64,000 bases of DNA, from contig CAYMIA010000002.1 of assembly GCA_964390595.1 (NCBI GenBank), forward strand, positions 27,686-91,685. Reading direction: 5' to 3'. The notes beneath the pieces were generated by a model. That model saw only the letters and a program-made list of their open reading frames with translations. It searched no databases and was not told the origin of the DNA. This document shows, in pieces, positions 18,142 through 27,721 of this stretch; the first letter of the stretch is position 1; every line of letters starts with the position of its first letter. Source of the stretch: an uncultured Gammaproteobacteria bacterium (GTDB lineage Bacteria > Patescibacteriota > Microgenomatia > Daviesbacterales > UBA10151). Made by a program: the position numbers and the translations under genes.

Positions 18142-20601
18142 GTGTTCAGGATAATTAGTATCGCTGCTCTAATTATAAGCCTGGTGCTATTTCCTCCTGC
18201 AGCACTAGCATATATCTCCAATAATGCAGTGCCAGGAGACATCACGTATCCTATTAAAAGGAAACTAGAGGATATTATTTTACTTGTCTCCAACCTGACT
18301 CCTCAAACCAAAACCTATTTTGCGATCGCCCGCTCTCAGCGCCGCTTCACTGAGGCAAATAACTTAATTGACCGGGGAAAAAATGCCAAAGGTACTCTTC
18401 AAGAGTTTAATACTCAAACTGGAGATGCAGTCCGGGATGTTCAAAATCTCTTAGATTCTAAACAAAAAAAAGATTACGCTGACCGTCTCTCGTCAAATCT
18501 GGATAAATATAAATCCAGACTAACTATTCAAAGTCAAAGATTAACTACTCAAAGTCTGGCCTCAAAACCGGATAACTCTAGCGCCCAAATTGATAAATCA
18601 AAACAGGACTCATCTTCCACAGGCACCAGTGGCTCTAATAGTGGTGGCAACAGCTCTGGTGGCGGTAGTAGTGGGGGTTCGGGCGGAAGTACCGGCGGCG
18701 GCTCCTCTACTGCTGAAAGTTCGCCCACACCTTCTCCCAGTGCTTCAGCGGAACCGATTACTGAACAAACCACTCAAATCTCAGACATTGATTTTACCAT
18801 TCAGCAGATTAATAACTTTCAAAGACAACTTTGTGTCGTCAAAGGTTGGATTTGGAACGCCTCTAGCTCCACCTGCTCAGATCCCAGCCAAAATGTTGGC
18901 CGAGCTCCCTCTGCTCCTAGTAATTTAAGTGCCACAGCAGTATCAGCAAACCGCGTCAATCTATCTTGGACCGCACCAGCCGATCCGAGCGGAGTGACCG
19001 GGTACATCATTGTTAGAAATGGAGCATCTATAGATCAAGCTAGCACCACTTCATACTCAGATACAACCACTTCTGAAAAAACCCAGTATACCTATCAAGT
19101 GCAAGCTATTAATGCAGCCGGATATTTATCTGACCCAACAGCTAGCGCCTCTGTCACCACTCCATCTTGTTTCTTGGCGGGCACAGAAATTAGCACTCCC
19201 AATGGCCAAAGGGCTATTGAAACTCTCCAGGCTGGAGACCAAATCTATAGCTTGAATGAAGTTTCCAAGCAAAAGCAGATCTCAGTAATTGGTCAAGTTT
19301 TAGAAGCAGATCAGCCAGAATATTTAGTTATTAATGAAAGAATTCATGTCACACCCCATCACCCATTCTATGCAGTAAAAAATAGCTCAACTCAAATTGT
19401 CGAAGCTGGAAAGCTGCAAGTGGGGGATCATTTAATAAGTGAATCAGGTAGTCTAGAAAGAATCAACCAGATTGAAAAAATAGTCAAAACTGCTCATGTT
19501 TATAATTTAGTTAACGTCAGTCCAAATCACAACTATTTTGCCGACCAAGTGCTTGTTCACAATAAATTAACAGGTGGGCCACCCCCTCCAGCTGCATGTG
19601 CCGATCCCCCTTGTCCAACTCCAGATCCAAACGCTACGCCTCTACCAACTCCTATCCCTGTGACCTGTGTGCTTACCGGGAGTCCCTTAACCTTAGGCCC
19701 AGTTGATTTTTCGACTTACACTTTTTCTGCTCAAAACGTCCTTTTTGGGACCCAACTATTTTTCAACGGTCAGAACAATGGAGTCAGTATTGGCGATGTT
19801 AGAATCCATGACTATATTGTTGGCCAAGACTGGAAAGGTTACCTTCCCGGAATGGAGTATGGAGCCCCCGGTAGCTACACCCGTTTTGCTGTCTTAATCA
19901 ATGGCCAAGGTAAAGTTGTCTGTCAAGCTGGTACAGATAGCCTGAGCGGTCCAGGCGCGGTTACTCCTTACAGCATTACTGTCACCAATACAACCACTTC
20001 TGACCCAACTGGCAAAGTCATTGGTCCAGCGACCGGCGCCATCTCTCAAAGTTTAACTTACAAAGCGGCTGTCCACTCCAGCAAATCATTAAAAACTGCC
20101 ACCACCTGGATCGTTAAATTCGCCGATACTGGCTCCACCACCTTAGATAAATCTCAAGAATGGATCGATGATTGTAATGGTTCAGGCGGGCTCGCCTCCT
20201 CCAATAGCGTGGGCACATTCTGCTTTTTTGGCGGATATAATCCACCAGATACTCAGTTCAATCAAACCGTGGTCGATGAGAATAATGTTTTCTTTGGACC
20301 ATTTAACTGGATCCCCAAGCATGCCGGTCATTACCGGTTAGGTCTAGATGTAATCGTCGCTGATGACAGGTGTACCACCCCAACCGTGGGTACTCCTGGG
20401 GCTAAATCTTGTGGTAGTTCAGGCGGTTTGGACATCACAATCACCTCTCAAAGTGCATTAAAACAGATTCAAGACTTTATAACCGGAAAATTAACGAACC
20501 TCCTTAAAGGCTCAAAAGATAACGTAGCTGGGGTCAGCACTTATAAATCTCCCACCAATCTAAAACTAGAAGAAATGCTGCCCGTATCATCTAATCATTG
20601 A
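18142..20601 (+). CDS. Large secreted/surface protein with signal anchor, helical N-domain, Gly/Ser linker, FN3 domain, bacterial intein-like (Hint) domain, Pro-rich linker and C-terminal beta-rich domain
   Basis: GTG start. N-terminal hydrophobic segment. FN3 (LSATAVSANRVNLSWTAPADPSGVTGYIIV...YTYQVQAINAAG). Hint domain CFLAGTEI...TPHHPF...VLVHN. Confidence 0.8.
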   Translation: MFRIISIAALIISLVLFPPAALAYISNNAVPGDITYPIKRKLEDIILLVSNLTPQTKTYFAIARSQRRFTEANNLIDRGKNAKGTLQEFNTQTGDAVRDVQNLLDSKQKKDYADRLSSNLDKYKSRLTIQSQRLTTQSLASKPDNSSAQIDKSKQDSSSTGTSGSNSGGNSSGGGSSGGSGGSTGGGSSTAESSPTPSPSASAEPITEQTTQISDIDFTIQQINNFQRQLCVVKGWIWNASSSTCSDPSQNVGRAPSAPSNLSATAVSANRVNLSWTAPADPSGVTGYIIVRNGASIDQASTTSYSDTTTSEKTQYTYQVQAINAAGYLSDPTASASVTTPSCFLAGTEISTPNGQRAIETLQAGDQIYSLNEVSKQKQISVIGQVLEADQPEYLVINERIHVTPHHPFYAVKNSSTQIVEAGKLQVGDHLISESGSLERINQIEKIVKTAHVYNLVNVSPNHNYFADQVLVHNKLTGGPPPPAACADPPCPTPDPNATPLPTPIPVTCVLTGSPLTLGPVDFSTYTFSAQNVLFGTQLFFNGQNNGVSIGDVRIHDYIVGQDWKGYLPGMEYGAPGSYTRFAVLINGQGKVVCQAGTDSLSGPGAVTPYSITVTNTTTSDPTGKVIGPATGAISQSLTYKAAVHSSKSLKTATTWIVKFADTGSTTLDKSQEWIDDCNGSGGLASSNSVGTFCFFGGYNPPDTQFNQTVVDENNVFFGPFNWIPKHAGHYRLGLDVIVADDRCTTPTVGTPGAKSCGSSGGLDITITSQSALKQIQDFITGKLTNLLKGSKDNVAGVSTYKSPTNLKLEEMLPVSSNH
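18610..18711 (+). repeat. Low-complexity (GGN/AGY)n coding repeat encoding the Gly/Ser linker
   Basis: STGTSGSNSGGNSSGGGSSGGSGGSTGGGSS, encoded by degenerate ggt/ggc/agt repeats. Confidence 0.5.
19168..19563 (+). other. Hint / bacterial intein-like (BIL) domain, ~132 aa, within the 819-aa protein
   Basis: Begins with Cys (CFLAGTEI), has a block-B-like TPHHPF, and ends VLVHN. Confidence 0.75.
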
Positions 20602-20636
20602 TTTCGCCTTTCAAATCTGGTTAAATTGACACTTGT

Positions 20637-21731
20637 ATGGTTCAAAAACAAATTGTAAATCAGCCCAAATCAATAGTTGAGGTCGAGGTCCAAGCTCCTT
20701 GGGCGGATATCGCCTCCAAGTGGGATGAAACAGTTCAGAAATTGTCGGCTGATGCCGAAGTGCCAGGTTTTAGAAAAGGCGCTGCTCCAACCGAGATGGT
20801 TGAGCCTAAAATTGCCGCCCAAGTTCAACAAGAATTCTTAAAAGTGGTCATGCCTCAAGCCTTAATCGAAGCTTTGCAAGGCACTGAAATTGTCCCCATT
20901 GACTATCCTCAATATCAACTAGTCTCATTCCAAAAAGGCCAAAACTTAGTCTTCAAAGCCCGTTTGACCCAGCGGCCAACGATTAAAGTTGGGGATTATA
21001 AACAGATCAAAGTCACCAAACCAGCTGCCAAAGCTGTTTCCGACGATGACGTCAACAAAGTTATTGATGATCTATTCAAGCGCTGGAAAGCCCGCCAGGG
21101 AATGCAGCCTCCATTAGACAATTCAACCCAAGGACAAGGCGCCTCAGGCACCATGAATTTCAATGCCCCTGCAGCATCAAAAACCCCAGCACTAGCTGCC
21201 TCAGATGCTCCTGATGACACCTTTGCCAAAGCTGTTGGTGGGGAAAGCCTGGTTGATCTCAAACAAAAAATTAAGCAAGACTTAGAAGCTGAAGCTAATT
21301 TTAACACTGAACTAGATTTTGAAGAAGCCATTCTGCAACAAGTTGAAAAGATCACTGAAGTGGAAATCCCAGAGGTCCTGGTTCAAGACGAACTCAACCG
21401 GATGTTGGTTTCATTGCAACGCCGGGTCGCCGATATGGGGCTTTTGCTTGATGATTATTTAAGAAATCAAAACAAAACTCTCGATCAAATTAAAGCTGAT
21501 TGGCGGGACCAAGCTGAAAAGAACGTCCGGATGGAGTTAGGATTGTCTGAGATCGCCAGAACTGAAAACGTCAACATCTCTGATGAACAACTCCAAGCAG
21601 AGATCGACAAGATCCAAGACGCCCGGACCAAACAACAATTTGAGTCCCAAGAGCCCCGGATGCACCTACGCCATGCGCTAAGACAGACTCAAACCCTGAA
21701 TCTATTAAAAACTATCGTCGCTCCTGTCTAA
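20637..21731 (+). CDS. tig: Trigger factor, short form without a recognisable PPIase domain
   Basis: N-terminal ribosome-binding signature VPGFRKGAAP. Low-complexity segment where the FKBP domain normally sits. Confidence 0.8.
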   Translation: MVQKQIVNQPKSIVEVEVQAPWADIASKWDETVQKLSADAEVPGFRKGAAPTEMVEPKIAAQVQQEFLKVVMPQALIEALQGTEIVPIDYPQYQLVSFQKGQNLVFKARLTQRPTIKVGDYKQIKVTKPAAKAVSDDDVNKVIDDLFKRWKARQGMQPPLDNSTQGQGASGTMNFNAPAASKTPALAASDAPDDTFAKAVGGESLVDLKQKIKQDLEAEANFNTELDFEEAILQQVEKITEVEIPEVLVQDELNRMLVSLQRRVADMGLLLDDYLRNQNKTLDQIKADWRDQAEKNVRMELGLSEIARTENVNISDEQLQAEIDKIQDARTKQQFESQEPRMHLRHALRQTQTLNLLKTIVAPV

Positions 21732-21750
21732 TACGATTTTGCCGCTTCGC

Positions 21751-21780
21751 TGGAAAACATCACTCAGTTTGTAGTATAAT
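21751..21780 (+). promoter_or_regulatory. Putative promoter for rpsU: weak -35, consensus -10 TATAAT at 21775-21780
   Basis: Perfect TATAAT lies 44 nt upstream of the rpsU ATG. SD AGGAGG is at 21805-21810. Confidence 0.3.
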
Positions 21781-21823
21781 TTCCTGGTCATAAATTAATA
21801 CCAAAGGAGGTGTTTTTTAAATT

Positions 21824-22024
21824 ATGTCAATAATAGTTAGAGCCAATGGTAATGAAGGCACCGATCAAGTCATTAAAAAATTCCAAAAGCGCGTTGCGCT
21901 TGAGGGAGTAATTTTAGAGTACCGTGAACGCGAATTCCACAAAAAAGACTCAGAAAAGCGCCAAGAACGCTTAAAAGAAAAACGCCGAAAAATCATGCGC
22001 GCCAAGCGCTATGCTAACAGTTAA
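21824..22024 (+). CDS. rpsU: 30S ribosomal protein S21
   Basis: Small basic protein: FQKRVALEGVILEYREREFH...RRKIMRAKR. Confidence 0.85.
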   Translation: MSIIVRANGNEGTDQVIKKFQKRVALEGVILEYREREFHKKDSEKRQERLKEKRRKIMRAKRYANS

Positions 22025-22028
22025 TTTC

Positions 22029-22466
22029 ATGGAAGAACGGATTAAAGCAGATTTAAAACAGGCCATGCTCAAAAGGGATGAAATGAAAGTCTCAACGCTC
22101 CGCCTACTTTTGTCAGCCCTAAGATATACTAGTAATGGCCGGGACCTTGGATTTGATGATAATCAAGTCCTGACTGTCCTACAAAAAGAAGTCAAAAAAA
22201 GAAAAGAATCAGCCGAAGAATTTAGAAAAGGTCACCGGGACGATTTAGTTCAAAAAGAGGAAAGTGAAATGGCCATTTTGCAAAGTTATCTGCCTCCGCA
22301 GATCTCAGATGAGGAGTTGACTAAGCTCGTTCAAGAAGCTATAACTGAATTAGGGGCCAATTCTATTTCAGATATGGGCAGAGTCATAGGAGTGGTTATG
22401 CAAAAAGTCGGGCCTAGCGCCGATGGTTCGAGAGTTTCTAGTTTAGTCAAAGAGAAACTCTCCTAA
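22029..22466 (+). CDS. yqeY: GatB/YqeY domain protein
   Basis: MEERIKADLKQAMLKRDEMKVSTLRLLLSAL... and conserved position right after rpsU. Confidence 0.75.
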   Translation: MEERIKADLKQAMLKRDEMKVSTLRLLLSALRYTSNGRDLGFDDNQVLTVLQKEVKKRKESAEEFRKGHRDDLVQKEESEMAILQSYLPPQISDEELTKLVQEAITELGANSISDMGRVIGVVMQKVGPSADGSRVSSLVKEKLS

Positions 22467-22469
22467 AAT

Positions 22470-22883
22470 ATGGTAAATGTCGTTGTTACAGCTGATCCAA
22501 AATATCCAATCAATAAATTAGCCATCCAAGCTACCGTCCTGGAGATACTTCAGCATCACAAAATTGATGGGCGGGTGGAGATTGGGATTAATATTATTGG
22601 TGACAGGCGGATGCATCAAATCAACCGGCAATACCGTGGAATTGATTCCACCACTAATATTTTAACCTTTGCGCTTGAAGAGTTCTTTCCCCAAAATCTC
22701 CAACACTTCCCCAGAGTTGGCTTTGTACCCTCACCCGATCAAGTTACCAGACTCGGTGATATTCTAGTGTCTTACCCACAAGCCCTAGAAGATGCGGGCT
22801 TTGATGGTATCTCAGTTGAAGAAGAAGTCCGCCAATTAATTGAACACGGCATCAAACACCTCCTAGGTATCCACCACCAATAA
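22470..22883 (+). CDS. ybeY: rRNA maturation endoribonuclease YbeY
   Basis: C-terminal metal-binding HGIKHLLGIHH (H-x3-H-x5-H). Confidence 0.85.
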   Translation: MVNVVVTADPKYPINKLAIQATVLEILQHHKIDGRVEIGINIIGDRRMHQINRQYRGIDSTTNILTFALEEFFPQNLQHFPRVGFVPSPDQVTRLGDILVSYPQALEDAGFDGISVEEEVRQLIEHGIKHLLGIHHQ

Positions 22884-22891
22884 TCTTCATT

Positions 22892-23164
22892 CTATTTAAA
22901 ATTTGTTTTTGCGAAATTTTGAAAAAGAGTACTATACATTAGTGCATCCTCTGCAACTCGATCACCTTTAGCTCTAAGAGTCGCCTGAGTTCTTTGCAGA
23001 AGGTTCTTGGCATATCCACCTAGTTCCTGATGTTCCAGTTCCTCACCTCTCTTTAGCGCCTCCTCTTTAAACCGCTCAGCCATCTTAATTGAGCCTCTTT
23101 GCAGCCCCAATGCAACTCTTCTAAGGTCCATAGCTAGCGACTCAATTATTATTCTTTGGTTCAT
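22892..23164 (-). CDS. Hypothetical helical protein (90 aa)
   Basis: ORF. Its start overlaps the stop of the upstream ORF 23161-23499 by 4 nt. Confidence 0.4.
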   Translation of the reverse strand: MNQRIIIESLAMDLRRVALGLQRGSIKMAERFKEEALKRGEELEHQELGGYAKNLLQRTQATLRAKGDRVAEDALMYSTLFQNFAKTNFK

Positions 23165-23499
23165 AGAATTTCTTGAAAAAAGAATTTGGTTAATTCCTCA
23201 TATTCCTTTCTAAGTTTTGGATCTTGAATCTCATTACTACTATTGTTATCGCTTGGTCTGATATTAATAAAAGAGTTAAAATCTATAGTTTTTGTCTCTA
23301 AATCAATTCCACCACCCCAAATATCCGATTGCTTTGATCCTTGCTTTAATAATATTTCTTCAGACTCAAAATGTCTATCAGCTCCCGCCGAACAAATCCT
23401 TTTCTCGATATCTATAACCGTTTTGATATAGACCTCAAAATTCTCACTAACTTTTTTAATCTCCCCCTTACTAAATGGTTCATCTTTAGTAATAATCAC
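23161..23499 (-). CDS. Hypothetical protein (112 aa)
   Basis: ORF. Forms a tightly coupled pair with 22892-23164. Confidence 0.4.
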   Translation of the reverse strand: MIITKDEPFSKGEIKKVSENFEVYIKTVIDIEKRICSAGADRHFESEEILLKQGSKQSDIWGGGIDLETKTIDFNSFINIRPSDNNSSNEIQDPKLRKEYEELTKFFFQEIL

Positions 23500-23643
23500 A
23501 ATGGTATTCTAGCATACTCAATATCGCCCATAATTTATCCTCTAGTTAAATCGCCATATTGTAGCCTCTTTAGGATTTTGTTACAGTACTCTCATGCAAT
23601 CTTTAACTATATTCTTTACTCTGTACACTACACACTAACTTAT

Positions 23644-25197
23644 ATGGAAACACAGGTCTTTTATCGGAAATACCGCCCCCAAACTTTAGATGACTTAGTT
23701 GGCCAACCCCAGGTAAAGCAGGTCTTATCTCAAGCCTTTAGCTCGGGTAAACTATCCCATGCTTATCTTTTTACAGGACCTAGAGGTTGTGGCAAGACTT
23801 CGACTGCGCGCATTTTGGCTAAAATGGTTAATTGCGAAGCTGACAAAGATCAGCCCTGCAACAAATGTTCAACCTGTCTTTCTATTACCGATGGCTCAAA
23901 TTTAGATTTAATTGAAATTGATGCGGCCAGCAATCGTGGCATCGATGATATTAGAGAGCTGCGTGACCGGATCAAACTCTCTCCCAGTTCTTCAAAAAAG
24001 AAAGTTTATATTATCGATGAGGTGCATATGTTAACGACCGAGGCTTTCAACGCTTTGCTAAAAACTTTAGAGGAGCCCCCAGCCCATGTTTTATTTATTT
24101 TAGCTACCACTGAAGTGCACAAAATCCCAGCCACCATTCTGTCCCGGGTCCAAAGACTTGATTTTAAAGAAGCAGCCACTTCGGACCTAGTCGGGAAGCT
24201 TCAAAAAGTCGCTGAAGCGGAAAAAATTAAAATCGAGGATGATGCCCTCCACTTAATTGCTCAAAAAGCTGAAGGAAGTTTTAGAGATGGTGATAAAATT
24301 TTAGATCAGCTCGCCTCCTTGGGCGTAAGCATCACGCCTGAGTTAGTTGAACAAACGATCAGAAGTAGTAACTTCCAGACTATCAGCGGGCTGCTAAAAT
24401 TTATTGGCAAATATGACGCCAAGTCGGCTTTAAAATTAACTCTCTCTCAAACCCAAGCTGGCGTCAGCAGCAAAGAGTTTATTATGGAGACATTAGATAC
24501 TTTGCGCAGTCTGCTTTTTATTAAGCACCAAGCTGAGGATCTGGTTAAAGCCTCGCAGGGAGAAGCCAAGTTGGCTATTTTAAAAGAACTAGAAAAAGAG
24601 TTCTCCTCAGATCAGTTAATCTCAGTAATGGACCACTTTTTAAAAGCCTTAGAAAAGATGAAGTTCTCTTCAATCCCCACGCTACCCCTGGAGATAGCAG
24701 TAGTTCAATCAGCCGAGCCCAAAACCATCTTTATTAGTGCCGAAGCACCTTCTTTGCCAGAACCTATCTCGCCGCCCCCAACCGCTCCAGTTGCCCGCTT
24801 AGTGGATGACACTCCAATTACAGTCAGTGTTGCCACCAATCCGACTGAAGATATGAAAATTCTCAAAGATAAATGGGCCTATATTTTAGAGACTATCAAA
24901 CCATATAACTATTCACTAGAAGCACTTCTTCGCTCAGCCAAGCTGGCTGAATGCAGTGATGGGGCTGTTCTTTTAGAAGTTCCTTATTCATTTCACCAAA
25001 GAATTGTCGAAACCCCCAGAAATAGAGAAGTTCTTGAGTCAGTTTTAGCGGATGTTTTGGGAAAAGAAGTCAAAGTCAGTTGTAAAATTGGTCAAAGGCC
25101 GATCCGGATCGATGATATCGCCAATGTCGATATCGCCGCCGATGATGAAATAATTAAAATCGCCGCAGAAATTTTCAGCTCAGATACTGTTAGCTAG
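23644..25197 (+). CDS. dnaX: DNA polymerase III subunit gamma/tau
   Basis: YRKYRPQTLDDLVGQ...AYLFTGPRGCGKTSTARILAK (Walker A), zinc module CNKCSTC, IIDEVHML (Walker B), SRVQR. Confidence 0.9.
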   Translation: METQVFYRKYRPQTLDDLVGQPQVKQVLSQAFSSGKLSHAYLFTGPRGCGKTSTARILAKMVNCEADKDQPCNKCSTCLSITDGSNLDLIEIDAASNRGIDDIRELRDRIKLSPSSSKKKVYIIDEVHMLTTEAFNALLKTLEEPPAHVLFILATTEVHKIPATILSRVQRLDFKEAATSDLVGKLQKVAEAEKIKIEDDALHLIAQKAEGSFRDGDKILDQLASLGVSITPELVEQTIRSSNFQTISGLLKFIGKYDAKSALKLTLSQTQAGVSSKEFIMETLDTLRSLLFIKHQAEDLVKASQGEAKLAILKELEKEFSSDQLISVMDHFLKALEKMKFSSIPTLPLEIAVVQSAEPKTIFISAEAPSLPEPISPPPTAPVARLVDDTPITVSVATNPTEDMKILKDKWAYILETIKPYNYSLEALLRSAKLAECSDGAVLLEVPYSFHQRIVETPRNREVLESVLADVLGKEVKVSCKIGQRPIRIDDIANVDIAADDEIIKIAAEIFSSDTVS

Positions 25198-25403
25198 CGA
25201 ACGATCCTTAAATGTGGCCTATTTATAGCTGCCGGTCTTCGGCTAGCTTCTCTTAATAATCTATTCAGTTCTGCTTGATCTTCTGGAACTGCCATCATCC
25301 TTTCAATATACTGCCAACTTTCCCACTTAATGGGATCCACAGTCCGTTCAATTGGAAACCTCACAACTTTGCTACTAGTCTCTGTCTCAATATTTTTTAC
25401 CAC
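25194..25403 (-). CDS. Hypothetical small ORF (69 aa)
   Basis: ORF only, in a 480-nt gap after dnaX. Confidence 0.25.
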   Translation of the reverse strand: MVKNIETETSSKVVRFPIERTVDPIKWESWQYIERMMAVPEDQAELNRLLREASRRPAAINRPHLRIVR

Positions 25404-25501
25404 AAAGACTGATTCTACACACCTTATAGTAAATTGTCAAACAAGCTTAAACAAATCTTCTGAAGAAGGGCACTTTGGAAATAGCTCTTCTAGCACCGAT
25501 C

Positions 25502-25687
25502 TTACGGCTGCCTCCTCCAAGAGTCAATAATTGACTGCAAGATTCTATCCCTCTGTTCAGGGGTTGGATCAGGAATGGTAAGCGTTTTCCGAATCTGATC
25601 TACGTACAAAAAGTCTCTTATTTCATCAAGTAGCCCCAGCTCTTTTGGCCTCTTAGAACGACCTTCTCTTCTTTCACTCATGCTCAC
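25502..25687 (-). CDS. Hypothetical small basic ORF (61 aa)
   Basis: ORF only. Confidence 0.25.
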   Translation of the reverse strand: MSMSERREGRSKRPKELGLLDEIRDFLYVDQIRKTLTIPDPTPEQRDRILQSIIDSWRRQP

Positions 25688-25739
25688 ATTATACCACTCC
25701 TTGACAAATGAATTCCGAATTTGTTATTACACAGCAAAT

Positions 25740-26345
25740 ATGGGTAAGGAGCAAAAACTAGATGATTCAGCCAAAAGATGGGGTGACCCCACCCTAATTA
25801 AGCTCGATCGCTGGTTGATTACTCATGGGATTCCTGATGTTGAAGCAGTTGGTGCTGTTGAAGACATTTGGGCCTTTTATTCTTACGATGTTTTACCAAC
25901 CGCTGGTCGTGGACTGAGGTTGGGAATGGTTGGATTTGTAGAATTTGAAACTCCAGACCGAACGGTCTTCCTCGATCTACTTTGGCCGTCTGAATCTTTC
26001 CCATTAGCTCAGATGAAGCAATTATCTAAAGCTTTTGATGAGCGAGCCAAAGAATCGGAAGTTAAATTCCATCTAGGCCATATGAGATCTACTGAATTAT
26101 GGGGAGGTAGCTTGGCTCAACACTTAAGAACTATCTACTGTGGCCCGGGCATGGAATATATAGGTATATACAGAGATAATTTAAAAGCTGAACTAAGACT
26201 TCTACTAGGAGACAAATATGAGTCTTGGATGAACACTCCCAACACCCGCTTTGTAGGAAGAAAGCCTAAAAGCTTGCTTTATACTCCAGACGATGTACTG
26301 CTCAGAGACTTTATCTCAGAGGTTTCGCACGGTAGTCACTCCTAA
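25740..26345 (+). CDS. Hypothetical protein (~200 aa)
   Basis: The first ATG at 25680 overlaps the minus-strand ORF. ATG at 25740 is an alternative. No domain recognised. Confidence 0.45.
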   Translation: MGKEQKLDDSAKRWGDPTLIKLDRWLITHGIPDVEAVGAVEDIWAFYSYDVLPTAGRGLRLGMVGFVEFETPDRTVFLDLLWPSESFPLAQMKQLSKAFDERAKESEVKFHLGHMRSTELWGGSLAQHLRTIYCGPGMEYIGIYRDNLKAELRLLLGDKYESWMNTPNTRFVGRKPKSLLYTPDDVLLRDFISEVSHGSHS

Positions 26346-26383
26346 AAACCCATTTCAGGCTAATTTCTGATATACTTTGCTAC

Positions 26384-27670
26384 ATGATCAAAATTTTTGA
26401 TTTAATTGAAAAGGAAAAACAGCGCCAGATTACTGGGTTGGAGATGATTCCATCTGAAAATTATGTCTCTGAAAATGTTTTAAAGGCCCTTGGTTCAATT
26501 TTAACCAATAAATATTCTGAGGGCTTTCCAGGCAGAAGATATTATGGTGGCAATGAATTTATTGATCAAATTGAAAGTTACACCCAAGATCTAGCCAATC
26601 AGGTTTTCAAAACCAAATACGCAATTGTTCAACCTTACTCTGGTTCCCCAGCTAACCTAGCAGTTGATCTAGCCCTTATGAATCCAGGTGATACAGTCAT
26701 GGGCCTGGCCTTACCTTCTGGAGGACACTTAACTCATGGTGCGCCCGTCTCTTATACCGGCAAAATCTTTAACTCAGTTCAATATGGGCTAGGGGAAGAT
26801 GGCAAAATTGATTTAGAGCAAGTCAGAAAATTAGCCCTCGAACATCAGCCCAAAGTGATTTGGATTGGTTTAACGGCTTACCCTTTCAACCTACCTTTTA
26901 GAGAATTTGCTGAAATTGCTGCTGAAGTTGGAGCCTATCTAGTGGCCGATATTGCCCATACCTCTGGGTTAATTGCAGCAGGGGAGCTAGAATCCCCCGA
27001 GCCATATGTTGATATTATTACCACAACCACCCACAAAACTTTAAGAGGTCCCAGAGGAGCGATGATTTTAATCACTGAAAAGGGTTTGAAAAAAGATCCA
27101 GAATTGCCCACCAAACTGGAAAAATCAGTCTTTCCTGGCCTGCAAGGTGGCCCACATAATCATCAAACCGCGGCCATTGCCATCGCACTTGAAGAAACAA
27201 TGCAGCCAGATTTTAAAGAATATGCTAAGCAAACACTCAAAAATGCTCAAGTTCTAGCAACCGAATTGGACACCAAAACTGAGAATCATCTACTGCTTTT
27301 GGATCTGTCTGAATTTGGCTTTGGATTGGGTTATCAGGCAGAAGTAGCACTCGAAGTTGCTGGCATCACAGTCAACAAAAACACAGTTCCTGAAGAAAAA
27401 GCTTCACCATTTTATCCATCAGGCATTCGCTTGGGTACCCCTGCGCTAACTTCCAGAGGGATGAAAGAAGCAGAGATGAAAAAAATCGCCAGCTGGATCA
27501 AACAAATTTTGGCCGAAGTTAAAGGTCATGATCTGCCAGCTAAGCAAACTGAGCGCAAAGATTTTATCAAAGAGTTCAAACAATGGGCCCGGAAAAATCA
27601 CCAACTTCTTTCAATTAAAGAGCAAATTTCTGAGTTCGCTTCAAAGTATCCAGTCCCAGGCGTTCTCTGA
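26384..27670 (+). CDS. glyA: Serine hydroxymethyltransferase
   Basis: LEMIPSENYVS..VLKALGSILTNKYSEGFPGRRYYGG, TTTHKTLRGPRG. Confidence 0.95.
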   Translation: MIKIFDLIEKEKQRQITGLEMIPSENYVSENVLKALGSILTNKYSEGFPGRRYYGGNEFIDQIESYTQDLANQVFKTKYAIVQPYSGSPANLAVDLALMNPGDTVMGLALPSGGHLTHGAPVSYTGKIFNSVQYGLGEDGKIDLEQVRKLALEHQPKVIWIGLTAYPFNLPFREFAEIAAEVGAYLVADIAHTSGLIAAGELESPEPYVDIITTTTHKTLRGPRGAMILITEKGLKKDPELPTKLEKSVFPGLQGGPHNHQTAAIAIALEETMQPDFKEYAKQTLKNAQVLATELDTKTENHLLLLDLSEFGFGLGYQAEVALEVAGITVNKNTVPEEKASPFYPSGIRLGTPALTSRGMKEAEMKKIASWIKQILAEVKGHDLPAKQTERKDFIKEFKQWARKNHQLLSIKEQISEFASKYPVPGVL

Positions 27671-27721
27671 GTTGCTTTTAAGCTCAAATAGGCGTAAAAT
27701 AGATAGATCTGCTCTTAAAAT

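Noticed and set aside
20620-20625. Consensus TTGACA hexamer just upstream of tig.
   Set aside because: It lies only ~11 nt before the tig ATG, too close to be a -35 element for this gene. It is probably fortuitous or part of the ribosome-binding region.
23500-23643. Possible SRP RNA (ffs/scr) immediately upstream of dnaX, as in Firmicutes.
   Set aside because: No GGAAGCAGCCA-type domain IV motif on either strand. The region is AT-rich and partly covered by coupled minus-strand ORFs.
23994-24000. A AAA AAG slippery heptamer in the dnaX zero frame, the E. coli gamma/tau frameshift signal.
   Set aside because: It occurs at codon ~118, inside the AAA+ ATPase domain just before Walker B. A frameshift here would destroy the protein. 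There is no downstream hairpin and no equivalent heptamer at the expected domain III/IV boundary. It is treated as chance.
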